Shown in pieces: positions 47,052-59,000 of a stretch of DNA of 64,000 nt. A program made the translations under genes and the position numbers. The notes under the pieces were generated by a model that saw only the letters and a list, made by a program, of their open reading frames with translations, was not told the DNA's origin and did not search any database. Every line of letters begins with the position of its first letter. The stretch's first letter is position 1. Source of the DNA: Rebecca billardiae RCC1528. Its lineage: Eukaryota; Protista; Haptophyta. The DNA lies in contig OZ251240.1 of assembly GCA_965240325.2 (NCBI GenBank), positions 806,001-870,000 of the forward strand. The letters run 5' to 3'.

Positions 47052-50000
47052 TCACACCCTCGCGCGCACCCGCCGCCTGCTCCGCACTCCACGCGCGCCC
47101 GAGAGGCGGCGCAGAAATCGGTGCCTTGCGGCCGGCCGGCACAGCAGACGACGGCCCGCTCGCGCCACCCAAGCCGCTGGGCCCCTGCTCTCGGCCTGAG
47201 CCGATCTTGTCTGCCGCTGCGCGCGTGCCGCGCCGCTCGGTGAGACGCTTCACGCGCCGCTCAACGTCAAGCCCGCGCTCGCGCTCCGCCTTGGTGTCGA
47301 GCAGGCTGCTGCGCTTCGCCGCCCAGCGCCACAGCCGCTCGAGGAAGAGGCTCTCGTACGGGTAGCCAGCGAGCAGCCCGATCGCCACCGCGACGAGCAA
47401 CTGCGCGGCGCCCTCGTTGCCCTCCGTGCCGAGGAAGAGCGCCATCACGAACAGCTCCATCAGCAGCACGTTGGCCTGCACCGTCAGCTTCTGCTTGGCG
47501 GTGATCGGATCGCCCGGCAGCCGGACCAGCCACGCACTGAGCGTCGACTTCTCGAGCACGCCGCTGCCAAAAGCCCACAGCCGGGAGCGCGCGGCGCGCT
47601 GCTTCCACGCCGGCACGCCCGGGTCGGTCTCAATCTGCCGGTCGATGCGGTGCGCGAGCGCGAACAGCGCAAAGTAGACGCCAAACAGGCCACACACGCA
47701 GCCGACGCCCCAGTAGTTGGCGAGCAGCCGCTCGGCGACGATCACGACCACCTCGCCCGCATTGTCCGCTTCCTTCAGCTCCTTGTCCTCGGTGTCGATA
47801 GGCGCGTTGACGGTCACCGTGCCCGCGTCCTCCCCGGCGACGAGCGAGCTGACCGCCACGCCGATGGCGGCAAAGTCTGCAGAAGGGCGCGCACGCACAT
47901 TGCGCGAGGCAACGTGGAAAGTAGAACGGAGGGGACGTGAGCGCGTGTGCGGCGGTGCGGCGCTAGCTGGGCGTGCGCTTGAACGCATGCGGCGTGGAGG
48001 TGCGGGCGCGCGTACCGGTCAGGTGGTCGCACACGCACACGAGCTGGCCTGAGCTGGCGCTGATGCGCGTCTCGCAGCCCTCGGCCGACCACAGCGCGCT
48101 CGTCTCGTTCCTGCGCGCGCGCCATCGAGGGCGAGCCGGTGGGCGCGCGCGAACGCGGGCGCGAGCGGCGCGGTGAGCCGCGCGCGCTCGCGGAACAGTG
48201 GCTAGCGTGGCGCGCCGCGTGCGCACCAGAAATGGCACACAGGCGCCTCGTTGCACGCGGTGCCATAGTAGCCGTCTGCGCACGCGCACGTGCCCGCGCC
48301 GGTGCCCGCCGTTGGAGCATCGGTCGTGTTGCAGCTCCCGGCCGGCGCGGTGCACTCGGCGTCGGTCGCGCACGCCGCGCCGCCGCGCGTAGGCTGCTGC
48401 GCCAGCGGGATGGCAATCTCGACCGGGTCGTCGAGCTGGCGAATCCGAAGCGGCACGAGCTGCGCGGCGGGCAGGAGGCGCACGCTCACCACGGCCGACT
48501 GCACGCCCAGCTGCGCGCCGAGCGTGAGGCCGTCGTCGCCGTCCGCACCGCCCGCGCCGGCGCTGGAAGCGTCGGTGCTGCCGTTGGGCGTGACGTGCAC
48601 GTTGGTCTGCAGCGAGATGAGCTGCACATCCACGCCCGCGTCGAGCGCGCCGTCGCCGCCTGCGCCGGCGAAGACGCTCGCGGGCAGCGAGACACTGCCG
48701 GAGCCCCCAGGCCCGCTGATCGTCGAGTTGGCCACCGCGTCCGCAAAGTTGCGCTGCGCGCTCACGTTGACGAGGGCACCCGTCACCTCGCGCGCCGCCT
48801 CGCCGGGAAGCACGCCAACGACGAGCCCACTCGCCAGCCCAGATGTCGCCTGTGCGATCGCCGCGTTGGCTGCGTCGTCAGCGTGGCCCGTGCTGCCTCC
48901 GCCGTCGTCCTCCGACAGCGCCGACAGGCGGCGGCGCGCGGATGCAGTGCCGTTGCCGAGCGCGCGCGCGGCCAGCACGGAGTCGAGGCCGGCGAGGCAG
49001 TTGGACGCAGTCGTGTCGTCGACGCCGCTCGAATCGCGCGCGCCCGCGACAAGGCCGGCGAGCTGCAGCAGCCCCTCCGTCTGCGCGAGCGCGTCGAGTG
49101 CCTCGGGCACGGCGAGCACGGTGCGCAACGCGTTGGACACGCCCGTGCGCCCGCCCGCGTCGAGCGTGCCGTTGAGCGCGGCCTGGGTGACGCTCAGCAG
49201 CTCGCCGACGACGGCCGCCGCCTCGCCGCCGTCCTTGCTGGCGATGGTGGACACGGTGGCGTCGGCGACGGCAACGACGAGCTGAACGGCCGAGTCCACG
49301 TCGGCGACGGCGATGGCGACTGCCGCGCCCTCGAGCACGCGGCGTGCCGTCTCGGCCGACGCGTTTTGCGAGGCCTGCGGCAGCACGCGCACGGGGCGCA
49401 GCGTGCGCGCGGCGCCCTCGAACTGGTCGATCACGAGGACCGTCGCGTTGAGCGCGCCCTGCGGCAGCACGACGCGCGCGCTCTGCTCGAGCACGGGCGT
49501 GCTCGTCACGCTCTGCTCGAGCGCCGAGCCGGGCGCGACGTAGCCAAACTGGTAGCGCAGCGGCAGGTCGTCGGCCGCGTCGTCGGTCCAGCCGCTCGCG
49601 CTGAGCGCAAACGAGGTGAAGACCGGCGCCTCCTCGGGCGAGACGGCGAGCACGCCGCCGAACGGGCTGCGGTTCATCTCGAGCGCGAGCAGCGCGGTCG
49701 CGGGCTGCCCGCCGCCCGTCACCTCGAGGCTGAGCACGTACGACGCGCCGGGCGCGAGCACGGCCGAGCGGAAAACGAGCGACGGCTTGGCGTCGCCCGT
49801 GGTGGTGACGGCGCGGCTGTCGGCGAGGTCGAGCAAACCGCCGTCCACGCCGCGCGCGGGCTGCACCGCGCTGCCGACGCGCTCGGCCATGCTCCAGCGG
49901 ACGGCGAAGCTGAGGTTGCCCGTGCTTTGCAGCGCGCGCGCCTGCGCGTCGAGCTCGGCTGAGAACGAGATGGAGAGCTCCGGCCGCGTCCACTCCGAGT

Positions 50001-53000
50001 TGTACTTGGCGGCCGCGTACCTGGCGCTGAGCGTGAGCGCGGGCACGTAGTCGTTCACCAGCGTGATGGCCACGCTGGTCTGTGCGCTACGCCCATCGGC
50101 ACTCGAGACCGCGAGGGAGACGGTGTACGCGCCCACGGCGGGTAGCGACGCCGTCCGCAGCGTGAGCGTCGGCTCGTCGAGCGCCACGCCGCTCGTGGCC
50201 AGGTCGACCGCCTCGCCACCGTTCGCGCGCGCCACGGCCCAGCTGAAGGCGAGGCCGTCGGCGCTGCCCGTGTTCAGGTCAACGGAAGCGGTGCCGTCGA
50301 ACTCGAGCGCGGCGGCGGTGATGGAGAGCGTGCGGTCGCCCGAGGCGATCACCGCGCGCACCGGCTGCAGCTCAACGATCAGCGTCACAACGACGCTCGC
50401 CCTCGCGCCCGCATCCGCTGCCATCGTCGCCGTCGCTTCAAGTGTGTATGTGTACCCGGCGCGCAGCGTGTACGGCGCGAGCTCGAGCTTGGCGCGCGAT
50501 CCCGCCGCCGCGCCAAATGGCGCGGGCACGGCCGCGACCGTCATGTCGTCGGTGCGAACCGTGCTGAGCACCGACCACGCAAAGTTGATGGCCGGCGAGA
50601 GCTCGGCGGTCGGCCAGCACGACGCGAGCTCGGCCACTGCCTGCACCACCGTCGCCGCGCTCGGCCGCACGCGCAGCGTCGCCGGGCCCTGCACGCTCAA
50701 CACCGGCGCAAGCCCGCCCGAGCGGCGCACGGTGAAGCGCGCGCGCGCCGAGGCGAAGCCGAGGAACGAGCGCGCCTGCAGCAGGAAGCTGAACTGTGCG
50801 CCGACGGGCAGCGCCACGCTCAGCGTCGGCGTCGTCGTGCGCGCCACCTCGTCCGCGAGCGCGAGCGCAGAGGCCGCGGTGAGCTCGGTCGTGTCCACCG
50901 CCCACGTGTAGCGCAGCGGCACAATGCCGCCACCCGCCGAGCCGGTCGAGCGCAGCGTCACGCGCTGGCCGGGGCACGCCGAGACGGTGCTCGGCCCGGC
51001 GAGCAGCGCCGTCGGGGTTGGGCAGCCGCCGTCACACGCCTCGTCCGCCTCCAGTGGAATCTCCACCGCACCACGCGCGCAGAGCTCGTCAGGGCACGGG
51101 GTGCCGCTGCCGCGCGGCCGGATCACGTCGGCGCGCAGCCCAACGGCGTCGCCGGGCGCGATCGCCGTCTGGCTGTTGAGCAGCGCGAGCAGCGTCGTGT
51201 CATCCTGCCAGTAGCAGGCCAGCTCGGCCGACGCGCCGCCCCGGATGAGCGCCACGGTCGCGTCGTCGAGCACGATTGCGCACAGCTCAACACCGGCCAT
51301 CCCTGCGCGGTCGGTCGGCTGTGCGTCGAACTGGATGCGCAGCGCCGTCGCCTCGGCGTTGAAGGTGGCTGACTGCAGCGCGGGCGCGCGCGCGCCGGCG
51401 AGGTAGTTGAACGTGGCGTTGGCGGCGAAGCTGGGGTCGGCCTCGACGAACGAGCGGCCGTTGAGCGACACCGAGATCGGCACCGCCGTTTCGGGCAGTC
51501 CAAGAGGCGAGCGCACCACGACGCGATCCCCCGCCACGCTGAGCGGCGCGGGCGCGAGTTTTGAGCCGAAGCGCACGCGCAGCTCGCCGGCAGCCGCGCC
51601 GGGGGTCAGGTTGGTCGCGTTGAGCAGGTTGTCGAAGCCCGCGCCCGAGATGGTCACCTCAAGGCCGCCGCGCGGCAGCCCCTCGCGTGGCGAGATGGCG
51701 AGGACGCTCGGCTGCGCGTAGTACGCGACCTGGAAGCCCGCGCTCGTCGTCGTGCCTGGCGCGCCGTTGGCGAGCGAGAGCTCCAGCGAGCGCGCGCCCG
51801 CGCCGCGCTCTCCCGCCGGCGGCAGCGTGCACGCCGCGCGCACCGTCGTCGCTCCCGGCACGCCGAGCAGCAGCTCAGCCGGCGCTGCGCACGTGCCGTC
51901 GAGCATGCAGCAGAGTCCCGTGGTGGCAAGCTCGCCGCCAAAGCCAGCGCCCGTCAGGGTGACGCGCGTCCCACCGCTCAGCGCAGCGCCGACCGGCGTC
52001 ACCGCGCTCAGGCTCACGTCGCTGATGTCGTACAGCCGCACAGAGATCTCGCCAAACTCGTTGAACAGCAGGTCGCGGCCGTCGCCGTTGAGCGTGAGCC
52101 GGACCGAGTAGCGCGCGTTCGGCACGGCCTCGTCGGCGGGCACGCCGAGGCACACGGCTGTCGAGTCGTCCACGACGGTCGCGAGGCGGTAGAAGGGCGT
52201 GCCGCCGCCCTCGCGCGTGTACGCGCACGTGGCCACGCCCGCGCCCAGGTCGAGGAAGCCGCCGCCGTACAGCGTCACGGGCGCAGGGCTACTGGCGGAC
52301 GTGGCAATGGGCTCGCTGGAGGCGACCGTTGCCGAGTACATGACGAAAGTCGCCACCGAGCTGAAGTAGGAGAGGCCGTTTGGCGAGACGTGCACGAGAA
52401 TGCTCTCGACGCCCGTGCCAGAGGAGATGGGCAGCAGCGGCAGCGGGCAGCGCACCTCGCCGGACGAGCGCAGCGCTCCGGCGACGGTGACGACGTACCC
52501 GTCACCGGTGAAGCGGCACGTGAGCGCGCCCAGCTCGAAGAAGCCCGAGCCCGAGACGACCAGCGTTCGGCCCTCCACGCCGCGCGGCACGCCGGGCGGG
52601 CTGACTGCCTCCAACGTCGCGCTTGACGTGTCGAACCAGACGAACGTCGAAGTGGCCTCCTCCTCGGACGCGGCGGAGCGCACGCGCACAGAGACGGCCG
52701 GAGCGGCAACGGGCGGCGTGAGCGGCTCGCACACCACTTCAGTCGCCGTGTACGACGCCACGCCTATCTCCACCTCGGCCATGCCGCCAGAGCCGTCCGC
52801 ATACGCAAAGACGCACGCGAGCTGGGCGCCAACGAGCAGCGCAGGCTCGAGTCCGGCCGCGGCAATGGTCACTGTCGTCGCCTCGCCCACGGCCGCGCCG
52901 CCCGGGCTCGCGCCGAAGAGCACGGCCTTGGCGAGCGCTGGGAGCGGCGGGCTCGGCGGCGGGTACGGCGACTCGCGTGGCGGCGGCGGCGGGGTTGGCG

Positions 53001-56000
53001 GCGGGCTGGGTGGCGGCGGTGGGCTGGGCGGCGGCGGGCTGGGCGGAGGCGGCGGCGACGGGCTTGGCGGCGGCGGCGGGCGCGGGGGCGGCGGGCTGCT
53101 CGGCGGCGAGGGTGGGCTGGGCGGAGGCGAGCTGTACTCACACGAGCCGTCGTCGAACGTCGCCGTCGAGTCGAAGTTGAGCGCCGCGCCGTCGGTGCAG
53201 CCGGCGAATGTGAGCGCCGGCTTGTACGCGAGCTCGATGCCCAGCGCCGCGTGCAACGCCTCGAGGGTGTGCGCTCCCAGCTCGGCCGGCACATCGAGCG
53301 GCGGCCCGTCCGCCGCGCGCTGGTACACCTCGACGGCGACGCGTGCGCTGGGCGCCGAGCCAGCCCGGCCGGCAAGGATGCCCAGCACGCGCATCTGCGC
53401 GGAAGGGATGCCAGTGAGCGCCTCCGTGCCGTCGAGCAGCTCGCTGATGGCCGCGGGAGTAAGCTCCGACGTCGGCCCAGCGATGGCGTAGCCAATCAGA
53501 GAGCGGCTGCCGGGTGGAGGTGGTGGCAGCGACGGCGGCGGCGACGGCGGCGGAACGGGCGCGGGCGATGGCGGGAACGGCGGCGGCAGGGGCTCGGTGC
53601 GCGGCGGTGGCGGCGGCGAGGGCGGTGGCAGGGGCGAGGGCGGCGGTGTGGGCGGAGGTGGCGGCGGCGATGGAGAGGGTGGCGGTGGATACGGAGGAGG
53701 GCTCGGCGGCGGCGGTGATGGTGGCGGCGATGGCGGCGGGCTGGGCGGTGGCGGCGGGCTTGGTGGCGGGTTCGGCGGGCTGGATGGTGGTGGACTGGGC
53801 GGTGGAGATGGCGGGGCGCTGGGCGGCGGGGATGGTGGCGGCGATGGTGGTGACGGCGGAGGGAACGGCTCGGCACGCGGAGGGGGCGGTGCCGAGGGAG
53901 GCGGGGGAGGCGACGGCGGCGGCGTTGGCGGCGGCGGTGGTGGGAAGAGCGGCGGTGGAGGCGGCTGAGGAGGCGAGCTCGGCGGTGGCGACGGCTGCGG
54001 TGAGGGTGGTGGCGGCGGCGGCGGCGAGGGCGGCGGTGGGAGCGGCGGTGGGGATGGCGGGGGAGTCGGTGGTGCACGCGGCGGCGGCAGACTCGGCGGT
54101 GGGCTTGGCGGCGGCCTCGGCGGCGGGCTTGGAGGTGACGATGGCGGAGGGCTGGGGGGTGGCGACGGCGGTGGCGGCGGCTCAAAGTAGACGCATCCGG
54201 ATGGCTCGGGCTCAAAGGTGGCGCTCGAGTCGTAGTTGGTCGCATTGGCGTCGCGGCATCCCTCGTACAGCAGCGTGGGCGCCGCTGCGAGCTCGATACC
54301 CAGCTCTTTGCTCAGATCCTCCACATTCGCGACGGCGAGCGTTGCGCCCACGTCCACCTGCGGCACGGACGCGGGCTGGTACGCGCTCAGTACCACCTTG
54401 ACCGAGGCTGGCGTCACGGCCTCGACGCGCCACTGCTCGGCCGGGATGCCCGTGGTGCGCGCCATGCCCGACTTGAGCTCGTTCTTCACGACCTCGTTGA
54501 TGTCGTCCGCGGTGCCCGGCAGCGCGAGGCCGACGTACGTTGTCGTGCCCGGCGGCGGTGGCGGCGGTGCGGGCGGCGGCGCGGGTGGTGGCGGTGGCGG
54601 CGGCGAGGGCGGGCTGGGCGGCGGATAGGGCTCGACGCGCGGGGGCGGCGGGGGCAAGTTGGGCGGTGGTGGTGCGCTCGGTGGCAAAGGCGGTGGAGTC
54701 GAGGGTGGGGGAGGCGAGGGAGAGGGCGGCGGCGGCTGCGGTGGCGACGAGGGAGGTGATGACGGCGGTGATGGCGGCGGTGACGGCGGCAGCAATGGCG
54801 GAGGGGCTGGTGGCGGGCTCGGTGGCGGCAATGGTGGCGGCGGGCTGGGCGGTGGCGATGGCGGCGGCGGTGGTGGTGGGCTGGGCGGTGGCGACGGTGG
54901 CGGCGGGCTGGGCGGCGGTGATGGCGGCGGCGACGGCGGCGGGCTCGGCGGCGGTGATGGCGGCGGCGGGCTGGGCGGCGGTGATGGCGGCGGCGACGGC
55001 GGCGGGCTCGGTGGCGGCGATGGCGGCGGCGGGCTGGGCGGTGGCGATGGCGGCGGCGGTGGTGGTGGGCTGGGCGGTGGCGACGGTGGCGGCGGGCTGG
55101 GCGGCGGTGATGGCGGCGGCGACGGCGGCGGGCTCGGCGGCGGTGATGGCGGCGGCGGGCTGGGCGGCGGTGATGGCGGCGGCGATGGTGGTGGGCTGGG
55201 CGGTGGCGACGGTGGCGGCGGGCTCGGCGGCGGTGATGGCGGCGGCAACGGCGGCGGGCTCGGTGGCGGCGACGGCGGCGGCGGGCTGGGCGGTGGTGAT
55301 GGCGGCGGCGATGGTGGTGGGCTGGGCGGTGGGCGTGGTGGTGGCGGGCTGGGCGGCGGGCTGGGCGGCGGGCTGGGCGGCGGGCTGGGCGGCGGGCCGG
55401 GTGGAGGTGGGCTCGGTGGTGGCGAGGGTGGTGGTGTCGGTGGCGGGCTGGGCGGCGGGCTTGGAGGCGGAGGGCTTGGTGGCGGCAAAGGAGGCGGGGG
55501 CGGAGGTGGACTCGGTGGTGGGCTGGGCGGCGGCGGGCTCGGCGGCGGCGACGGCTGTGGCGACGGCGGTGGGCGCGGTGGCGGCGACGGCGGCGGCGGG
55601 CTGGGCGGTGGCGATGGCGGCGGCGATGGTGGTGGGCTGGGCGGTGGCGACGGTGGCGGCGGGCTCGGCGGTGGTGGTGACGGCGGCGGGCTGGGCGGTG
55701 GCGATGGCGGCGGCGATGGTGGTGGGCTGGGCGGTGGCGACGGTGGCGGCGGGCTCGGCGGCGGTGGTGACGGCGGCGGGCTGGGCGGTGGCGATGGCGG
55801 CGGCGATGGTGGTGGGCTGGGCGGTGGCGACGGTGGCGGCGGGCTCGGCGGCGGTGGTGACGGCGGCGGGCTGGGCGGTGGCGATGGCGGCGGCGATGGT
55901 GGTGGGCTGGGCGGTGGCGACGGTGGCGGCGGGCTCGGCGGCGGTGGTGACGGCGGCGGGCTGGGCGGTGGCGATGGCGGCGGCGATGGTGGTGGGCTGG

Positions 56001-59000
56001 GCGGTGGCGACGGTGGCGGCGGGCTCGGCGGCGGTGGTGACGGCGGCGGGCTGGGCGGTGGCGATGGCGGCGGCGATGGTGGTGGGCTGGGCGGTGGCGA
56101 CGGTGGCGGCGGGCTCGGCGGCGGTGGTGACGGCGGCGGGCTGGGCGGTGGCGATGGCGGCGGCGATGGTGGTGGGCTGGGCGGTGGCGACGGTGGCGGC
56201 GGGCTCGGCGGCGGTGGTGACGGCGGCGGGCTGGGCGGTGGCGATGGCGGCGGCGATGGTGGTGGGCTGGGCGGTGGCGACGGTGGCGGCGGGCTCGGCG
56301 GCGGTGGTGACGGCGGCGGGCTGGGCGGTGGCGATGGCGGCGGCGATGGTGGTGGGCTGGGCGGTGGCGACGGTGGCGGCGGGCTCGGCGGCGGTGGTGA
56401 CGGCGGCGGGCTGGGCGGTGGCGATGGCGGCGGCGATGGTGGTGGGCTGGGCGGTGGCGACGGTGGCGGCGGGCTCGGCGGCGGTGGTGACGGCGGCGGG
56501 CTGGGCGGTGGCGATGGCGGCGGCGATGGTGGTGGGCTGGGCGGTGGCGACGGTGGCGGCGGGCTCGGCGGCGGTGGTGACGGCGGCGGGCTGGGCGGTG
56601 GCGATGGCGGCGGCGATGGTGGTGGGCTGGGCGGTGGCGACGGTGGCGGCGGGCTCGGCGGCGGTGGTGACGGCGGCGGGCTGGGCGGTGGCGATGGCGG
56701 CGGCGATGGTGGTGGGCTGGGCGGTGGCGACGGTGGCGGCGGGCTCGGCGGCGGTGGTGACGGCGGCGGGCTGGGCGGTGGCGATGGCGGCGGCGATGGT
56801 GGTGGGCTGGGCGGTGGCGACGGTGGCGGCGGGCTCGGCGGCGGTGGTGTCGGCGGCGGGCTGGGCGGTGGCGATGGCGGCGGCGATGGTGGTGGGCTGG
56901 GCGGTGGCGACGGTGGCGGCGGGCCCGGCGGCGGTGGTGACGGCGGCGGGCTGGGCGGTGGCGATGGCGGCGGCGATGGTGGCGGGCTGGGCGGTGGCGA
57001 CGGTGGCGGCGGGCTCGGCGGCGGTGGTGTCGGCGGCGGGCTGGGCGGTGGCGATGGCGGCGGCGATGGTGGTGGGCTGGGCGGTGGAGACGGTGGCGGT
57101 GGGCGCGGTGGCGGTGGTGACGGCGGCGGGCTGGGCGGCGGAGATGGCGGCGGCGATGGTGGTGGGCTGGGCGGTGTCGACGGTGGCGGCGGGCTCGGCG
57201 GCGGTGATGACGGCGGCGGGCTGGGCGGTGGTGATGGTGGCGGCGATGGTGGTGGGCTGGGCGGTGGCGACGGTGACGAGCAATTGGCAAGAGTGCTGAG
57301 GTCCGGGTCGAACTTGCTGTTGCTCCCGAAAGGCGTGAGTGCGCAGAACTCGCTGCCGTCGTACCAACTGAAATGCAGTGAGGGGGAGGTGGCGGGTCGG
57401 GCGGGGGACGTGTTGGCCATCCATCAACCCTGTCCGCGTGTGGGGACCGAAGATGGCGCCACCGTGCGGCAGACAGACTGCGAGGCTCCCTAGGTGGGCA
57501 CGCCACCTACGCCACCTCGAGCAGGCGAGCAGCCAGGCAGCAGGCACAACAACACAGCTGGCTGGCGCGCGTAGGCGCGAGTGCGTAGGCGCACGTACAA
57601 TGCGTTGCTGCTGCCCAAAGAGGTCAGCTGCAAAACCTCTGTTGGCATGGCGCCACCGAGCGAGTTTAAGTGAAGGTATCTGTTCCCGCGTGTGGTGGGA
57701 GTAGCGTCGGGTGGCAACACCAATACCACCAATGCGCGTCAGCTTCCACGCGGTGTGCGCGCTTGCGCCGCACGAGGGCGCTGAGAGTGATGGCATCTCT
57801 GGGGGCGGTTGTTTGACGCTCGCTGCTGCGCACACATCGACACGAGGCTCGTCATTGCGCCCACTTCCGAAGGGATGCTCCCTGTGAGCGAGTTGGAGTA
57901 GAGAAACCTGTTCCCGCGTGTGGTGGGAGTAGCGTCGGGTGGCAACACCAATACCATCAATGCGCGTCAGCTTCCACGCGGTGTGCGCGCTTGCGCCACA
58001 CGAGGGCGCTGAGAGTGATGGCATCTCTGGGAGCGGTTGTTTGACGCTCGCTTCTGCGCACACATCGACGTGAGGCTCGTCATTGCGCCGACTACAGAGG
58101 GGATGTTCCCTGTGAGCAAGTTGGAGTAGACGGACCTGTTCACTCGTGTGGTGGGAGTAGCGCCGGGCAGCAACACCAAGATGCACGTCAGCTTCCATGC
58201 GGTGTGCTTGCGCCACACGTGGGTGGGGGAGAGTGAAGCGATCTCTGGGGGCGGGTGGGGCTAGTTGCTGCGCGCACAGGTACCGCAGGCTCGTCAGTGC
58301 GCCCACTTCAGAAGGGATGCTCCCTGTGAGCGAGTTGGAGTGGAGGTACCTGTTTACGCGTGTGGTGGGAGTAGCGTCGGGCGGCAACACCAATATGCAC
58401 GTCAGCTTCCATGCGGTGTGCATGCGCCACACGTGGATGGGGGAGAGTGAAGCGATCTCTGGAGGCGGGTGGGGCTAGTTGCTGCGCACACATGAACAGC
58501 AAGCTCGTCCTTGCGCCCACTTCAGAGGGGATGCTCCCTGTGAGCGAGTTGGAGGAAGATTGCCTGTTTACGCGTGTGGTGGGAGTAGCGTCGGGCAGCA
58601 ACGCCAAGATGCACGTCAGCTTCCATGTGGTGTGCATGCGCCACGCGTGGGTGGGGGAGAGTGAAGCGATCTCTGGGGGGGCGGGTGGGGCTAGTTGCTG
58701 CGCACACAAATCAGTGAGGCTCGTCATTGCGCCCACTTCAGAAGGGATGCTCCCTGTGAGCGAGTTGGAGGAGACGGACCTGTTCACGCGTGTGGTGGGA
58801 GTAGCGTCGGGTGGCAACACCAATATGCACGTCAGCTTCCATGCGGTGTGCATGCGCCACGCGTGGGTGGGGGAGAGTGAGGCGATCCAGGGGGGCGGGT
58901 GGGGCTAGTTGCTGCGCGCACAGGAACCGCAAGCTCGTCAATGCGCCCACTTCAGACGGGAGGCTGCCTGTGAGCAAGTTGTATTGGACAGCCCTGTTCA

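Noticed and set aside
54212-58432. Very long alternative-frame ORFs (1406, 1006, 944, 919 aa)
   Set aside because: These are shadows of the stop-free Ser/Pro repeat; only the SP frame connects to recognisable domains.
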